DNA of 64,000 nt from Tubulanus polymorphus (Eukaryota > Animalia > Nemertea). The translations under genes and the position numbers were made by a program. Below, one piece after another: positions 14,101-28,330 of this stretch. The DNA lies in contig NC_134036.1 of the NCBI RefSeq assembly GCF_964204645.1, positions 3,720,001 to 3,784,000 of the forward strand. Reading direction: 5' to 3'. The notes beneath the pieces are model-generated. The model ran no database searches, was not told the DNA's origin, and was given only the letters and a program-made list of their open reading frames with translations. How positions within the stretch are numbered: the first letter of the stretch is position 1; every line of letters starts with the position of its first letter.

Positions 14101-14103
14101 CAT
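8119..14103 (-). CDS. GRL101-like LGR-type GPCR, copy 1 (signal, CUB-like x~5, C-type lectin x2, LDLa x~7, LRR, 7TM), ~1929 aa
   Basis: Exons 14103-12886, 12795-11470 and 11364-8119, joined by phase-0 GT-AG introns of 90 and 105 bp. Motifs: CUB (GYIVSPNYP, IYDGG, CGIIQSPNYP); CTL (LNWENAELYC...YTWTDG, split by intron 2); LDLa (CDGATHCKDDSDE); LRRNT CPSRCQC; LRRs; hinge FCC...FSSCSDL; 7TM ending PINSSLNPLLY. The ATG at 14103 is conserved in all three copies; an upstream ATG at 14142 exists only here. Confidence 0.9.
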
Positions 14104-14524
14104 AGCGAACAACCTCAACTCGACAAAGTGAAGAATTGCCATCCCGATTCAAATTCTTATTTCATTGAAAATGATGCAGAATTTTACATCTCTAGTTGGT
14201 GAAATAGATTATTTGCTACACTCTTTTAAAATACAACTATATTTTCATTATATGTTGATAATGTTCGATCAAACTCAAACTGTCAGCTCCGGACGAGCTT
14301 CCCAGTAATTACCATCTATCTGTGCAGCAACTTTCCGCTCCCCGTTTACACGTGTCGTACATATCCATGACCAATTATATTTTTGAATCATGCTTCGCTG
14401 GTTCAAGTTTCCTAGCAATTTATTTTAACGATATTTTAATATTTTTCGCTGATGTACATCGTGTTTATGGAACTCATCATTCTGTCTAGAAGCATACCGG
14501 TCTTACATCTACGGAAAACCTACA

Positions 14525-14835
14525 TCAACTAGATCCGCGACCCCCCCGCATTGATATAAGTATTCAGCTAGGTCAGTGTTGACCCCCACACTTTTGACTA
14601 TGCAACTAGGTCAGTTGACTCGCGCACTGATCAGTATTGAACTAAGCCAGTTGATCCCCGCATTGAGCGAGTCTCTAGCTAGATCAGTGGACCGTCGCAC
14701 TGATGAGTATTTAACTAGGTCAATGATATGTCTTCCGCACTAGTGAGTATTTTACCTAGGCCATTTTGACCCCCGTCTTTATGAGTATTTAACTGGGTCA
14801 GGTGACTGCCTCTCCTAGTGTTCAACTAGGTGAGT
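14525..14835. repeat. Degenerate ~35-bp array with AACTAGGTCA cores, upstream of GPCR copy 1
   Basis: Repeated variants of AACTAGGTCAGT(GT)TGACCCC. Equivalent arrays at 22250-22420 and 28100-28330. Confidence 0.8.
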
Positions 14836-15815
14836 TAGGGGTTCAGAGCGACGCTATATTACGTCATTTTCGACGAATGGAGAAATCTGATGTCAAAGTT
14901 TTCTCTCAAAATCTAGTTTGAAATTTGAACGAAACTTCTGCCAGTAGCGTAATACAGGACACTTCTGTAAGTTACATGAGTCATCGAGAAAAATTGTTCA
15001 AACAAAAAATTTCTTTCACATCACCATGAGTCATTTTATATTTCAGTTCCTCTAGTGTTCTGTATTTCAAATTCAATTTACTTTGTATTTTGATTTTGAT
15101 TTTTTGATTATGAAATTCGCTTTTAATCAGTTCATTTTCAATGAGTTAACTCTGAGTCAAATCTTAATTCAGAACTGTGGAACCGGGTCCAGTTCTGTAG
15201 GTTAGATTTGGCTTAAGAGAATTTGTCTCTTTCTTCCGATGGCCCCAGAGTAACATTTAAAGCTGGAACAATGGAGTGACTAATCGCTGATAGATTGGAA
15301 GAGAAACTCACGGTTTTCAATAGACAAATCTCACTGTAATTCAAGTCACTGACCTACAATCGACAAAATACTGTAAACACCGTTTCGACTCAAATAATCA
15401 TGAGCTATGTTCAAAAATTGCCAAAAACGATGTTTATAAAAATGAAGAAAATGATAGGTAAATGATAAGGCTTTTTGTTGAAATTGATGCACAACAGAAA
15501 CTGATTACTATACAATTAGGAATTGATGATTCTAAATTTACTGATTGAAGTCAGAGTTCAACGATATCTTAAATATTCACTCTCGGGTGCTCTGAGCTCG
15601 TTTATGGAGTTTAATGTTACGTTCTGTATCTGACCAATTTGAATAAAAGCAATTGAGTTTTGTATTGTATAGTGAAAAATGTTTGAGTGGAGTATGCTGA
15701 AATTGAGTAACTCGAAGATCTTATAGTTGAAGTTGAAAACATCTATCTAAAACACAATATAGCAATTTATAATGGTTGTTCGTATTTTGACTTGAATTCG
15801 ATGTTTGAAATCTGT

Positions 15816-18800
15816 TCAATGTCGTGAACGTTTAGCTTTTGCTCGAATGGATTTCATATCGATAGTCAGTATGGTGTAAAGAAGGGGATTGAGGGACGAG
15901 TTAATCGGTAAGAAAAGAACAGCCAGCCAAGCCGCCACCTGATTCGGTATTTCTACCCGTAATACCGCGCAAAACTGAACGATAATTAACGGCAGCCAGC
16001 AAAATAGATTACATAGATTTATCACTAAACTTCTGCGTGCCAAAATAAGTTCGGTAGGATCTATTCTACCCGAACCAGACCTGCTTCCAGATACGAGTCG
16101 GTACATTTGAGAATAGGTGGCCATTATGGAAGCAAGTATGACAGAGTTGAACACGGCAAAAATAGCGAATGAATATTGCCAGGCTTTGACCTCAATTGTA
16201 ATTAAATTCATAGGTAAACAAACTCCTGTACTGCCATAGAACTTGTCTCCGAAATAAGATGACTGTGACAGAGGTATTATAGATAGTGTACCTATAGATA
16301 ACCAACATACGCCACAAATAATGGACACATATCTCGGAGATGTAATCGGGCTTCCAGAAAATGGATTAACGATATTCGAGAATCTATGACGCGTTAGAAT
16401 AAGCAGAAATGCCAATGAGCCTTCACAAGAAAGAGTCACCGTAACTCCAGCGAAACTACAAAATGAACTGTCGGTCCAAGTTTCAGAATTTAGGAAATAA
16501 TCTCCTTTATAAACGTAATCTGCTCCCGCGATCAAAAACAAATAAATCGACATCAGAAAATCACAAGCAGCGATATTGATAATGAGGATGTCAGAAGACG
16601 TGTTACGCTTTTCAGAGGGTGAAAGTCGAATTGACCGAAGACGAAATAAAATGACGATACTGTTCGCGGAGAAACTGAACGCAGCGATGACCCAGATGAT
16701 AGCTCTGAGGACTGTGTTACCCATCAGATCAGAACAGGAGGAAAATTGATCAGCTTCGGGAAGGCACTGGTCAACATTCGGAGCCATGCAGCAAAATTTG
16801 TAAGCATCAGACGTTAGCGAGAATAATGATGTCAGATTGTCGAAAACGCCTCTTTCTGTTGAAATGTAATTGGAATTATTGGATAAATCAAGATACAAAA
16901 GTTCGCTTAAACCAGAAAAAGCATATTTCGATATAAAATTTATTCTATTGCTGCTGATATTCAACGAAGTCATTGAGGATAAACCTTTGAATATATTTGC
17001 GGAGAGTGCCGAAATGTACAGTCCGCGAAGGTCAAAACTGGAAAGCGAGATTAAACCATTAAAGCTACCATCTTCTAAATATCGAATTGGATTTCCAGTT
17101 ACGAAAAGTTCTTTTAAACTAATTAACCCGTTGAATGTATTAGTTGTTAAAGATGTAATCGAGTTATACGTAAGGTCTAACGTTCGTAGATTATGCAGGT
17201 TTGTGAATGAATTTGGTAAAATGTGAGACAATTCATTGGCGGAGAGGTTGAGCATGCGAAGATAGACGAATGAAGAAAACGTTGACGCATTTAAACGAAT
17301 GCTGTTATCGGACAACATTAGAACTCGAGTTGATATCGTGATTAGACCAGTAATATCGGTGAGACCAACATTCCTACAGTCCACATAATGACCTTGACAT
17401 TGACAGCGACTAGGACACGTGACGTTACAGAAAGCCTCGTCATCGGTTGTATGTTTACAATTTACGACACCATCGCAAACTTCAGATTGTGGGATACATC
17501 GATTTTCCTGACCACATTTAAACATTCCCGGACATGAAAATGTCTCGCAGTTTTGTTCATCTTCTGAATTAGGACAATCTGATTGACCATTGCACATCTG
17601 TCTGATCGGTATACAGTACGATGCTGGACATTTCACAGTACCAGCTGGACATTCAAATTCTTCACATCTCAATACATGCTCAAGATTTCTACAAACTGGG
17701 AGATCATTTGTCATTCTTTCTAGAATACATCTGTGACGTCTTGAATAACAATGAGGAGAATTGAAAGAACATCTTTGTTCATCAGATTCTGTGCAGAGAT
17801 TTGTGAAGTTAGTCGCACAGTGGTTTTCACTAGTACAGTTAACCGTAGGATTCACTGTAACATTAGGAGTTGTTACTAATTCATCTTCCTCCAGGCTTCC
17901 ACTACAATCCACGACACCATCCTGATACAACTGAAAACTGATACAGTCTCCGCTGTTACACATGAATTCCTGACACATTTCAGCGGTGCACCCCATTTCG
18001 TCGGAGTCGTCCTTACAATGAGTGGCTCCATCACATCTGTTAGATTTACCGACACATTGACCACTGTTACAGCGAAATTGTTCGGACAAACACGGTGGAT
18101 GAATACAAGATTTCTCATCAGAATCATCCACACAATCATGTATGAAGTCACAGAAACCACTTATTGATATAACCTGACCATCATCGCATTGAAACTGACT
18201 GTGTAAATTGATATCCGTACAATCGAGTTCATCTTCACCGTGCTGACAGTCGTGTCTGGTATCACATACGCGATGGTCGCTGATACATCTTCGATCGTTA
18301 CATTCAAACTGCCACGATTTACAACCGCTTATCGAAGCTAACTCTTCATCAGTTACATTGTACGAACACAAAACAGAATGCGCTGTATCTGTCGCATTAT
18401 CAAACCGTTTCATTATCCATTTAACTGATTGAATATAAGAAATTTCATCTCTAGTGATTATTGGGTGTATAACTTGGAGTCTGTCATTAGAAATCATCGT
18501 TAGTATAGAGCCATATTGATGTCGATATTGAAATTTTCTTATCAAATTGAAGATATCTTTCTCTGTGTTACTGTACGCTCGGCCTATTTCGCCTCGGATG
18601 CCATGACACATCTTTGTCGCAGTTTCTACATCTAAACCGCCTTGTTTGTCCCAGTCTGTCAGTATTTGATAGCATCGTTTATCTATGCTTACCCAACCAA
18701 TCGTACAGCTCGAGTCATTGAAACCAGTATCTTGAAATTTATCTTCTCCTATCTTCTCGTATGTGTCGTTGTTTCTGGAATTTGTTGTATTTCCATCTGT

Positions 18801-21798
18801 ATCCAATCTTTCCGATTCGCAAACGAAACTCGTATGAACCTCTTCGAGTTCGCAGGGGAATCGAACCCAGTTCGCCGATCCTCGTGGATTATTCAGTATC
18901 ATCGCCGTACACGGCATATTGACATCATTTATCGGTTGTTTTCTTACGGCAGATATCAAACCTTGAATAACATCTGGTATCGTGTCGTTATTTGCAGGTT
19001 TATACCAATCAGTGTAGCTCAATGGTTTTCCGTCAGTCCACGTGTAATTACCTGTATTCGGCTGAAAATAACGATTAAGAATAATGAATCTATAAATAAT
19101 TAAGTTTCTCCTGAAATAGAAATATCCCTTTATGAGGGAAAAGCAGTATTTTTAGATTACATTTACCTGCAGTTTTAGTCCAATCATCATAATGAGCGCT
19201 TTCTGTGAATATGCCGGTCCCAAAAGTTCCGTTGCGAATAACGTTTTAATGTTAATCATTTCCTGATGTGAGTTGATACTGAGTAGATGTCCCGCGTACT
19301 TCTGTCTACAATACAATTCAGCATTCTCCCAATTCAGACGTTCATCTCTGACGTATTTTACGCATGAAATTCCCGAATCTAGAAATCCTGATTTACAGAC
19401 ATTTTCAAACTGTTTTATCGGTAACGACTGTTCTAATGTGTATTTTATTTGAAATGTTGGTATGTGATTTTTCACGTCAAACCACAGGTTCTCATGTTTT
19501 AAACTATAAAATACAAGTCCCGGTATCGCGTTGTGGTCACAAATTCTATTTTCGTGTCGATGTCTTTGGCCGCTAGTTCTATCAGTTATATCTTGTATTA
19601 TTACAATCGGGTCTTTGTCTGATTGTTTTGTCTTCTCACATCGTATCATCGCAATATATTTGATTATAAATCTGTAATAACGAACTCGTTTGATGTTCTG
19701 TAAACGAAAGCCATATGTTAATATTTCCCTGGTGAACCCTGCTGATCCCGGGTAGTTTAGTGATTGAATGATTCCGCAATTATCATTCAGTGGTGCCTGT
19801 GGAACAGCCCCATCGACATGAATGTCAACTTTCTTCGATCGTTGACATTTACGTCGTAGTTCAACTAATAATGAATGTCTCCAGAACGGATCCGTCCAAC
19901 GTGTTTTCACGGTGTTTAATACGAGACTGTTATTGAGAATCTGACTACTCAATCTCACGTAACTACCACATGAACCGTATGATATAGCATCCTGAAAACA
20001 TCGGTCAATTTGATATTCGTGTTCTGATAATATATAAATGTTTCTCAAAGAAAGACGTCGGTTTTCGGGTGTAATCACGAGACAGTGTGACGTCATATTG
20101 ATCTGACGTTCTCCCTCCTTTAAAACATACCCGTCACAGTCGGTAGGACGAAATCTGACGCGTGAATCCTTACCGACTGTTAACTGACCGTCCCAGTTAT
20201 AAGCGTATCCTACTACAGTAACCGATCCACCTGATGTAATCAGACTGACGACGTTACGGTCGTATGTCCATAAACGAGGACAATACGGACCGTATCGTCT
20301 AGCCGTGAAATTACCACCGTCGTATATGTAAAATCCAGCTCGCTCGCAGTTCTCTGATAAAACTGTTAGTTCCATATTCTCTTCATAAATACTAACTGTC
20401 CATTCAAAGTGTAATGTATTAATGCGATACGTTAATGTCGTCTTCTTATTTTTCCGAAAAATTCGGAAAGGTGCCAAGGGGTATGACACTACCGTGCTGT
20501 GTATCTAAAACAAGATATCCTTCAAATCAAATACTTTATTTCATGATATGATTCATCAGATCCTCCAGTTTTATACTCACCCTACGTTTGTCGACGCCTA
20601 CATCTTCTATCGAAAGTGATTCCATTTTATAGTTTATTACTATACGAGATTTTGTTGATTCCTGTCCCCTTAAAACGCACAGCACGACGAGAAAGCCGTC
20701 AGATTTGACACTCAGTGATTGCAGGTAGTTGTAACCGAGTAAAATATCAGTTCCTACAACACGTAACCCTTCTAGTTTATATACACCGATGACGTCATCG
20801 GACGAGACGAGGTCACGTGTCCAGTTGAAGACGACGTACTGTAACACCTGCACTGTGATAGACCAGCAGTGTAAGTGTTTTGATCGAGTTATTACGTGTA
20901 AACTGTTGACATCGGGAATGAGCACTCCCGACTCGTTATTAGAGATTTGTATCAACGGATTAGAGACGTTCCAATCGGATATTTTGTACATGTGGACTAA
21001 AAGCGGTGACTGAAATTGAACGTGACGATAAAGTAGTGATATGACGGCTTTATTTGTTTTAGTGTAAAATGATGATGGTGGATGTCCGGTTTGTTCTCGT
21101 ATTAGACCTATAGGCTCACTGCTGGTGTTCCATCCGTCGTAGATTTTAACAGTTGTCGCTGAATCAGCGCCTGGATACAATGTCATACTTAACTTCATAA
21201 AAGTCAAGTTCATAGCTAAACCATCCGGCACCCGGACCCATTCCAAAAACAACTGGCAATTTTGTAGACGATTTATAGCAAATCTGTATCCTTTCACTGT
21301 TTGTAATTCTTTTAACTGAAAAGTGTATTTACTACAATAATGACTGATTCTCAATCGGTTTCGTTCATAACGATATATGATATAAACCCGACTTCCTCGC
21401 GTAGCATCGATGTTACTTCTAAACATCAACGAGATCGAATCGTTACGGCGGATTTCATGTTTTCCATCACCGCACAATCTGTTATCAGACTCGTCGATGA
21501 GAAGGTAGTTATCACTACAAAATATTGACGGCTCGATATCGTGGTAAACTTGAACGCGAAAAGTTCCCGATAAAGAACTGTTGATGAACCAACGACATTC
21601 AACACTGCGCGATAACGAAGGGTAATTCGGCGAAACGATGTAACCGGACGTAAAATCTAGCGGGTACCACGTGTTGTTACAAGACGAACTTACCGTCACA
21701 GACGATTCCTCGATAGAGTCTGCGCGATCAGCGCGCGCAATGCGATCTTGACAGACGATCAGCGATGCTATAAACAGCGCTCTCAGTCGCTGCTCCAT
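15816..21798 (-). CDS. GRL101-like LGR-type GPCR, copy 2, ~1933 aa
   Basis: Exons 21798-20581, 20504-19167 and 19061-15816, with phase-0 GT-AG introns of 76 and 105 bp. Same architecture as copy 1; exon 3 is nearly identical. Confidence 0.9.
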
Positions 21799-22249
21799 AC
21801 CGAACAACATCAACACGACACGACGAAGAAATGCTATCCCGATTCAATTTCTTATTTCAATTTCTGTACAGATTTGCACAAGAATCTTAATAAATGATGT
21901 AAATTTCAATATATTCTACTACTCATTTGCCGCACTCTTTCAAAATACAACGATATTTTCAACTGCTGATATTTTGTCGAAATCGATTCATGTCGTTAAT
22001 GTTTGATCAAACTGAAACTACCAACTCCGGCCGCGCTTCCCAGTAATCACCATCTATATGTGCGACAATTTCCACTCTCATTTAGCATGCGTCGTAAATA
22101 TCTATGTCCAATTATATTTTTCTAACCTGTGATTTTTCTTCTATATAAACGATATTCTAATATTTTCGCTGATGTAATGAGCGTGTTTGGAACTCATCAT
22201 TCTGACTGGAATCATACCGGTCTTACACCTATATCTGCGCGGTCCTTCG

Positions 22250-22420
22250 TCAACTAGGACAGTGTTGACCCCGCAATGATCAGTAGTGAACTAGGTCAGT
22301 GTTGACCCCTGCACTGATGAGGATTTAACTAGGTCAGTGTTGACCCCTGCACTGATGAGGATTTAACTAGGTCAGTTGACCCCCGCGCTGATGAGGATTT
22401 AACTAGGTCAGTTGCAACCA
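22250..22420. repeat. AACTAGGTCA-core array upstream of GPCR copy 2
   Basis: Five units of TTAACTAGGTCAGT(GT)TGACCCC...CTGATGAGGAT. Confidence 0.85.
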
Positions 22421-22976
22421 CACTGTTGAGGATTCAACAAGTCGTTTATTCTGTATTTTCCAATTAGATTTACTAAGTGATTATTACAGGTTTCCCTACG
22501 ACTGCTCGATTATTCTTTTATAGAATTCATTATAAACGGAAAATGCTTTTAAAGGTGCTTGAAACTCGTTTGATTCGAGCAAAATGCCCGATACACTTTT
22601 GAAACTCCTTCAATTTTTAGAAGTAATTAGAGATTTTTGTCTAGTTTGTTGCTTTGTGCAGTAGATTTCGCCTAGATTGGTGCGGATTCAAAATTTACAG
22701 ATTGAAATCAACCGCCAGATTGGTTATGAAGTCAGATATTTTGATATCACCAATACCTAGAATATTCACTCTGGTGCTCCGTGCTCGTTTATGGAGTTTA
22801 ATGTTGCGTTCAGTATCTGACCAATTTGAATAAAAGCAATTCAGTTTTGTATTGTGTAGTGAAAAATATTTGACTGGAAGATGCTGAAATTAAGTAACTA
22901 GAAATATAAAAGTTGAAGATAAATCTAAAACGCAATATAATCGTATTCTGAGTATAATTCGATGTTTGAAATCTGT

Positions 22977-25900
22977 TCAATGTCGTGAGCGTTTATTCTT
23001 TGCTCGTACAGATTTCATATCAATGGTCAGTATGGTGTAAAGAAGGGGATTGAGGGACGAGTTGATCGGTAAGAAAAGAACAGCCAGCCAAGCCGCCACC
23101 TGATTCGGTATTTCTACCCGTAATACGGCGCAAAACTGAACGGTAATTAACGGCAGCCAGCAAAATAAATTACAGAGATTTATCACTAAACTTCTGCGTG
23201 CCAAAATAAGTTCGGTAGGATCTATTCTACCCGAACCAGACCTGCTCCCAGATACGAGTCGGTACATTTGAGAATAGGTGGCCATTATTGAAGCAAGTAT
23301 GACAGAGTTGAACACGGCAAAAATAGCGAATGAATATTGCCAGGCGTTGACCTCAATTGATATTAAATTTATAGGTAAACAAACTCCTGTACTGCCATAG
23401 AAGGTGTCTCCGAAATAAGATGACTGTGACAGAGGTATTATAGATATTGTAGCTATGGATAACCAACATACGCCACAAATAATGGACACATATCTCGGAG
23501 ATGTAATCGGGCTTCCAGAAAATGGATTAACGATATTTGAGAATCTATGACGCGTTAGAATAAGCAGAAATGTCAATGAGCCTTCACAAGAGAGAGTCAC
23601 CGTAACTCCAGCGAAACTACAAAATGAACTGTCGGTCCAAGTTTCAGAATTTAGGAAATAATCTCCTTTATAAACGTAATCTGCTCCCGCGATCAAAAAC
23701 AAATAAATCGACATCAAAAAATCACAAGCTGCAATATTGATAATGAGGATGTCAGAAGACGTGTTACGCTTTTCAGAGGGTGAAAGTCGAATTGACCGAA
23801 GACGAAATAAAATTTCAGCGGTGCACCCCATTTCGTCGGAGTCGTCCTTACAATGAGTGGCTCCATCACATCTGTTAGATTTACCGACACATTGACCACT
23901 GTTACAGCGAAATTGTTCGGACAAACACGGTGGATGAATACAAGATTTCTCATCAGAATCATCCACACAATCCTGTATGAAATCACAGAAACCACTTATT
24001 GATATAATCTGACCATCATCGCATTGAAACTGACTGTACAAATTGATATTTGTACAATCGAGTTCATCTTCACCGTGTTGACAGTCGTGTCTGGTATCAC
24101 ATACGCGATGGTCGCTGATACATCTTCGATCGTTACATTCAAACTGCCACGATTTGCAACCGCTTATCGAAGCTAACTCTTCATCAGTTACATTGTATGA
24201 ACACAAAACAGAATGCGCTGTATCTGTCGCGTTATCAAACTGTTTCATCATCCATTTAACTGATTGAATATAAGTAATTTCATCTCTAGTGATTATTGGG
24301 TTTATAACTTGAAGTTTGTTATTAGAAGTCATCGTTAGTATAGAGCTATATTGATGACGATATTGAAATTTTCTTATCAAATCAAAGATATCTTTTTCTG
24401 TGTTACTGTACGCTCGGCCTATTTCGCCTTGGATGCCATCACACATCTTTGTCGCAGTTTCTACATCTAAACCGCCTTGTTTGTTCCAGTCTGTCAGTAT
24501 TTGATAGCATCGTTTATCTATGCTTACCCAACCAATCGTACAGCTCGAGTCATTGAAACCAGTATCTTGAAATTTATCTTCTATCTTCTCGTATGTGTCG
24601 TTGTTTGTCGAATGTGTTGTGTTTAGTTCTGTATCAATTCTTTCCGATTCGCAAATGAAACTCGTATGAACCTCTTCGATAAGACATGGGAATCGAACCC
24701 AGTTCGCTGCACCTCGTGGATTATTCAGTATCATTGCTGTACACGGCATATTGACGTCATTTATCGGTTGCTTTCTGCGAGAAGATATTAAACCTTGAAT
24801 AACGTCTGGTATCGTGTCGTTATTTGCAGGTTTATACCACTCCGTGTAGCTCAATGGTTTCCCGTCAATCCACGTGTAAATACCTGTCCCCGGCTGAATA
24901 GGATAAAGAATGTATAAATTTTCAAATATCTCCTGAAATAGCAATATCCCTTATTGAAGGAAAATCAGTATTTTTAGAATAAATTTACCTGCAGTTTTAA
25001 TCCAATCATCGCTATGAACGCTTCCTGCGAATACGCGTTTAGAAGAAGATCAGTAGCGAATAATCGTTTAATAGCCATCATCTCCTGTTGTGAGTTGATA
25101 CTGAGTAGATGTCCCGCGTACTTCTGTCTACAATGCAATTCAGCATTCTCCCAATTCAGACGTTCATCTCTGATGTATTTAACGCAGGAAATTCCCGAAT
25201 CTAGAAATCCTGATTTACAGACATTTTCAAACTGTTTTACCGGTATCGATTGTTCTAATGTGTATTGTATTTGAAATGTCGGTATGTGATTTTTCACCTC
25301 AAACCGCAGGGTGTGAGATATTAAACTATAAAACACAAGTCCCGGTATCGCGTTATTGTCACATATTCTAAGTTCATGTGTGATTCTATTTTGTTGCCGT
25401 TCATTTATCGCTTGTTTAAAAATAATCGGATCGTTTTCGCTGAAATCTGATTTTGCGCAGGGCGTCCTTTCCATATGTTTGATAAAAAATCTATAGTATG
25501 GAAATTGGCTGCGTTGAATAACTTCAGCAAAATTAAAATATAATGGTTGAAATTGGTACTTTGATGATCCCGGGTAATTCGGTGATTGCACAAACCCGCA
25601 TTCATCTTTCAACGGGCGCCCGAGTAATAAATCAGTTTCAGCTTTTTTCAATTTTTGACATTTTCGCCGCAGTTCTACGAATAATGAATGTCTCCAGAAC
25701 GGATCTGTCCAAAGCGTTTTCACAGTGTTTAATACGAGACTGTTATTGAGAATCTGACTACTCAATCTCACGTACATACTACATGAACCGAATAATAGAG
25801 AATCCTGAAAACATCGGTCAATTTGATATTCGTGTGCTGATAATATATAAATGTTTCTCAAAGGAAGGCGTCGGTTTTCGGGTGTAATCACGAGACAGTG

Positions 25901-27611
25901 TGATGTCATTTTAATCTGACGTTCTCCCTCCTTTAAAACATACCCGTCACAGTCGGTAGGACGAAATCTGACGCGTGAATCCTTACCGACTGTTAACTGA
26001 TCATCCCAGTTATAAGCGTATCCTACTACAGTAACCGATCCACCTGATGTAATCAGACTGACCACGTTACGGTCGTATGTCCATAAACGAGGACAATACG
26101 GACCGTAGCGTCTAGCCGTGAAATTACCACCGTCGTATATGTAAAATCCAGCTCGCTCGCAGTTCTCTGATAAAACTGTTAGTTCCATATTCTCTTCATA
26201 GATTTCGACTTTCCATTTTAAGAGTAATGTGTTAATGCGATACTTAAAGGCTGTCTTTGATGACGGAAACATTAGGAATGGTAACAAGGAGGATATCCCC
26301 CGTTGAAATATCTAAAAGAAAACAAACCTTTAAATCAGATATCAATACGTAATTTGATACATCAGTTTGAGAATATGTTAGTTTTACACTCACTCGACGT
26401 TTGGTGACGCGTACATCTTCCATCGAAAGCGATTCCATTTTATAGTGTATTTCTATACGAAATATTGTTGATTCTCGTCCTATCAAAACGCACAGTATGA
26501 CGAAAAAGCCTTCAGATTTGACACTCAGTGATTCAAGGTAGTTGTAACCGAGTAGAATATCAGTTCCTACAACGCGTAACCCTTCTAGTTTATATACACC
26601 GATGACGTCACCGGATGTGATGAGATCACGTGTCCAGTTGTAGACAACGTACTGTAACACCTGTACTGTGATAGACCAGCAGTGTAAGTGTTTTGATCGA
26701 GTTATTAAGTGTAAACTATTGTCATCGGGAATGAGCACTCCCGACTCGTTATTAGAGATTTGTATCAACGAATTAGAGACGTTCCAATCTGATATCTTGT
26801 ACATCTTGACTAAAAGCTGCGACTGAAATTGCACTTGACGATATAGCAGTGATATGAAGGCTTTGTTTGTTTTAGTATGAAAAGACGATGGCGGATGTCC
26901 GGTTTGTTCTCGTAGTAGACCTATAGGTTCACTGCTGGTGTTCCACCCATCGTGGATTTTAACAGTCGTCGCTTGATCAGCGCTCGGTCTAACTTTCAAA
27001 CTTAGCTTGCTTAGAGTCAAGTTCATAGCAAAACCAACCGGCGCCCCGACCCATTCCAAAAACAACTGGCAGTTTTGTAGACGATTTATAGCAAATCTGT
27101 ATCCTTTCACTGATTGTAATTCTTTTAATTGAAAAGATGATTTTCTGCAGTAATGACTGATTCTCAATCGGTTTCGTTCATAACGATATATGATATAAAC
27201 GCGACTTCCTCGCGTACCATCGACGTTACTCCTAAACATCAACGAGATCGAATCGTTACGGCGGATTTCATGTTTTCCATCACCGCACAATCTGTTATCA
27301 GACTCGTCGATGAGAAGGTAGTTATCACTACAGAATATTGACGGCTCGATATCGTAGTAAACTTGGACGTGAAAAATTCCCGGTAAAGAGCTGTTGATGA
27401 ACCAACGACATTCAACACCGCGCGTTAACAAAGGGTAATTCGGTGAAACGATGTAACCGGACGTAGAATCTAACGGGTACCACGTGTAGTTGCAAGACGA
27501 ACTTACCGTCATAGACGATTCCTCGATAGAGTCTGCGCGATCAGCGCGCGCGATGCGAACTTGACAGACGATCAGCGTCGATACAAACAGCGCTCTCAGT
27601 CGCTGCTCCAT
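22977..27611 (-). CDS. GRL101-like GPCR, copy 3, with an in-frame internal deletion (no LRR, hinge or TM1), ~1485 aa; possibly a pseudogene
   Basis: Exons 27611-26394, 26311-24989 and 24893-22977. The frame is open, but GCTAE is fused directly to ILFRLR at 23812-23813, so 1326 bp are missing relative to copy 1 (equivalent to 8956-10281). Confidence 0.8.
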
Positions 27612-28099
27612 ACCGAACAGCATCAACACGATACAACGAAGAAATGTTATCCTGATTCAAATTCTTCTTATTTGAATTTCTGTTTAGATTTGCACAAAAA
27701 TCTTAATAAACGATGTAGAATTTGACATTTCTAGCTTATGAAATGAATTGCTGCATTCATTCTGAATATATATATAACTATATTTTCAACCTCCGGTATT
27801 TTGCCGGAATCGATTTATGTCATCAATGTTAGATCAAACTCACACTACGACCTCCGGACGAGCTTCACAGTAATCACCACCTATCTGTGCAGCAATTTTC
27901 AGTTCCACGTTTACACGTGTCGTACATATCCATGTCCAATTATATTTTTAAACCATTCTGATAATTTCGCTTCGCTAGTCCAGGTTTCCGTGCAATTTTA
28001 TTTTTGACGATATTCTAATATTTTCGCTGTTGTACATCGTGTTTATGGAAGTCATCATTCTGACTAGAATCATACCGGTCTTATATCTGCGATAAGCTG

Positions 28100-28330
28100 C
28101 GTCAGCTCGGTCAATTCCGTATCGCATTAATGGGTATTGAACTAGGTCAGTGTCAACCCCTCACTGTTGACTATGCAACTGGGTCAGTTGATCCCTGCAC
28201 TGATGAATATCTTACTAGGTCAATGTTGGCCCCCTCACTGTTGAGTTTCCAACTAGGTCAGTTGACTCGTGCGCTGATGAGTATTGAACTAGGTCATTTC
28301 ACCGATGAGTGTCCAAAGGTCAGTTGATGA
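28100..28330. repeat. AACTAGGTCA-core array upstream of GPCR copy 3
   Basis: About six degenerate AACT(A/G)GGTCA-containing units. Confidence 0.8.
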
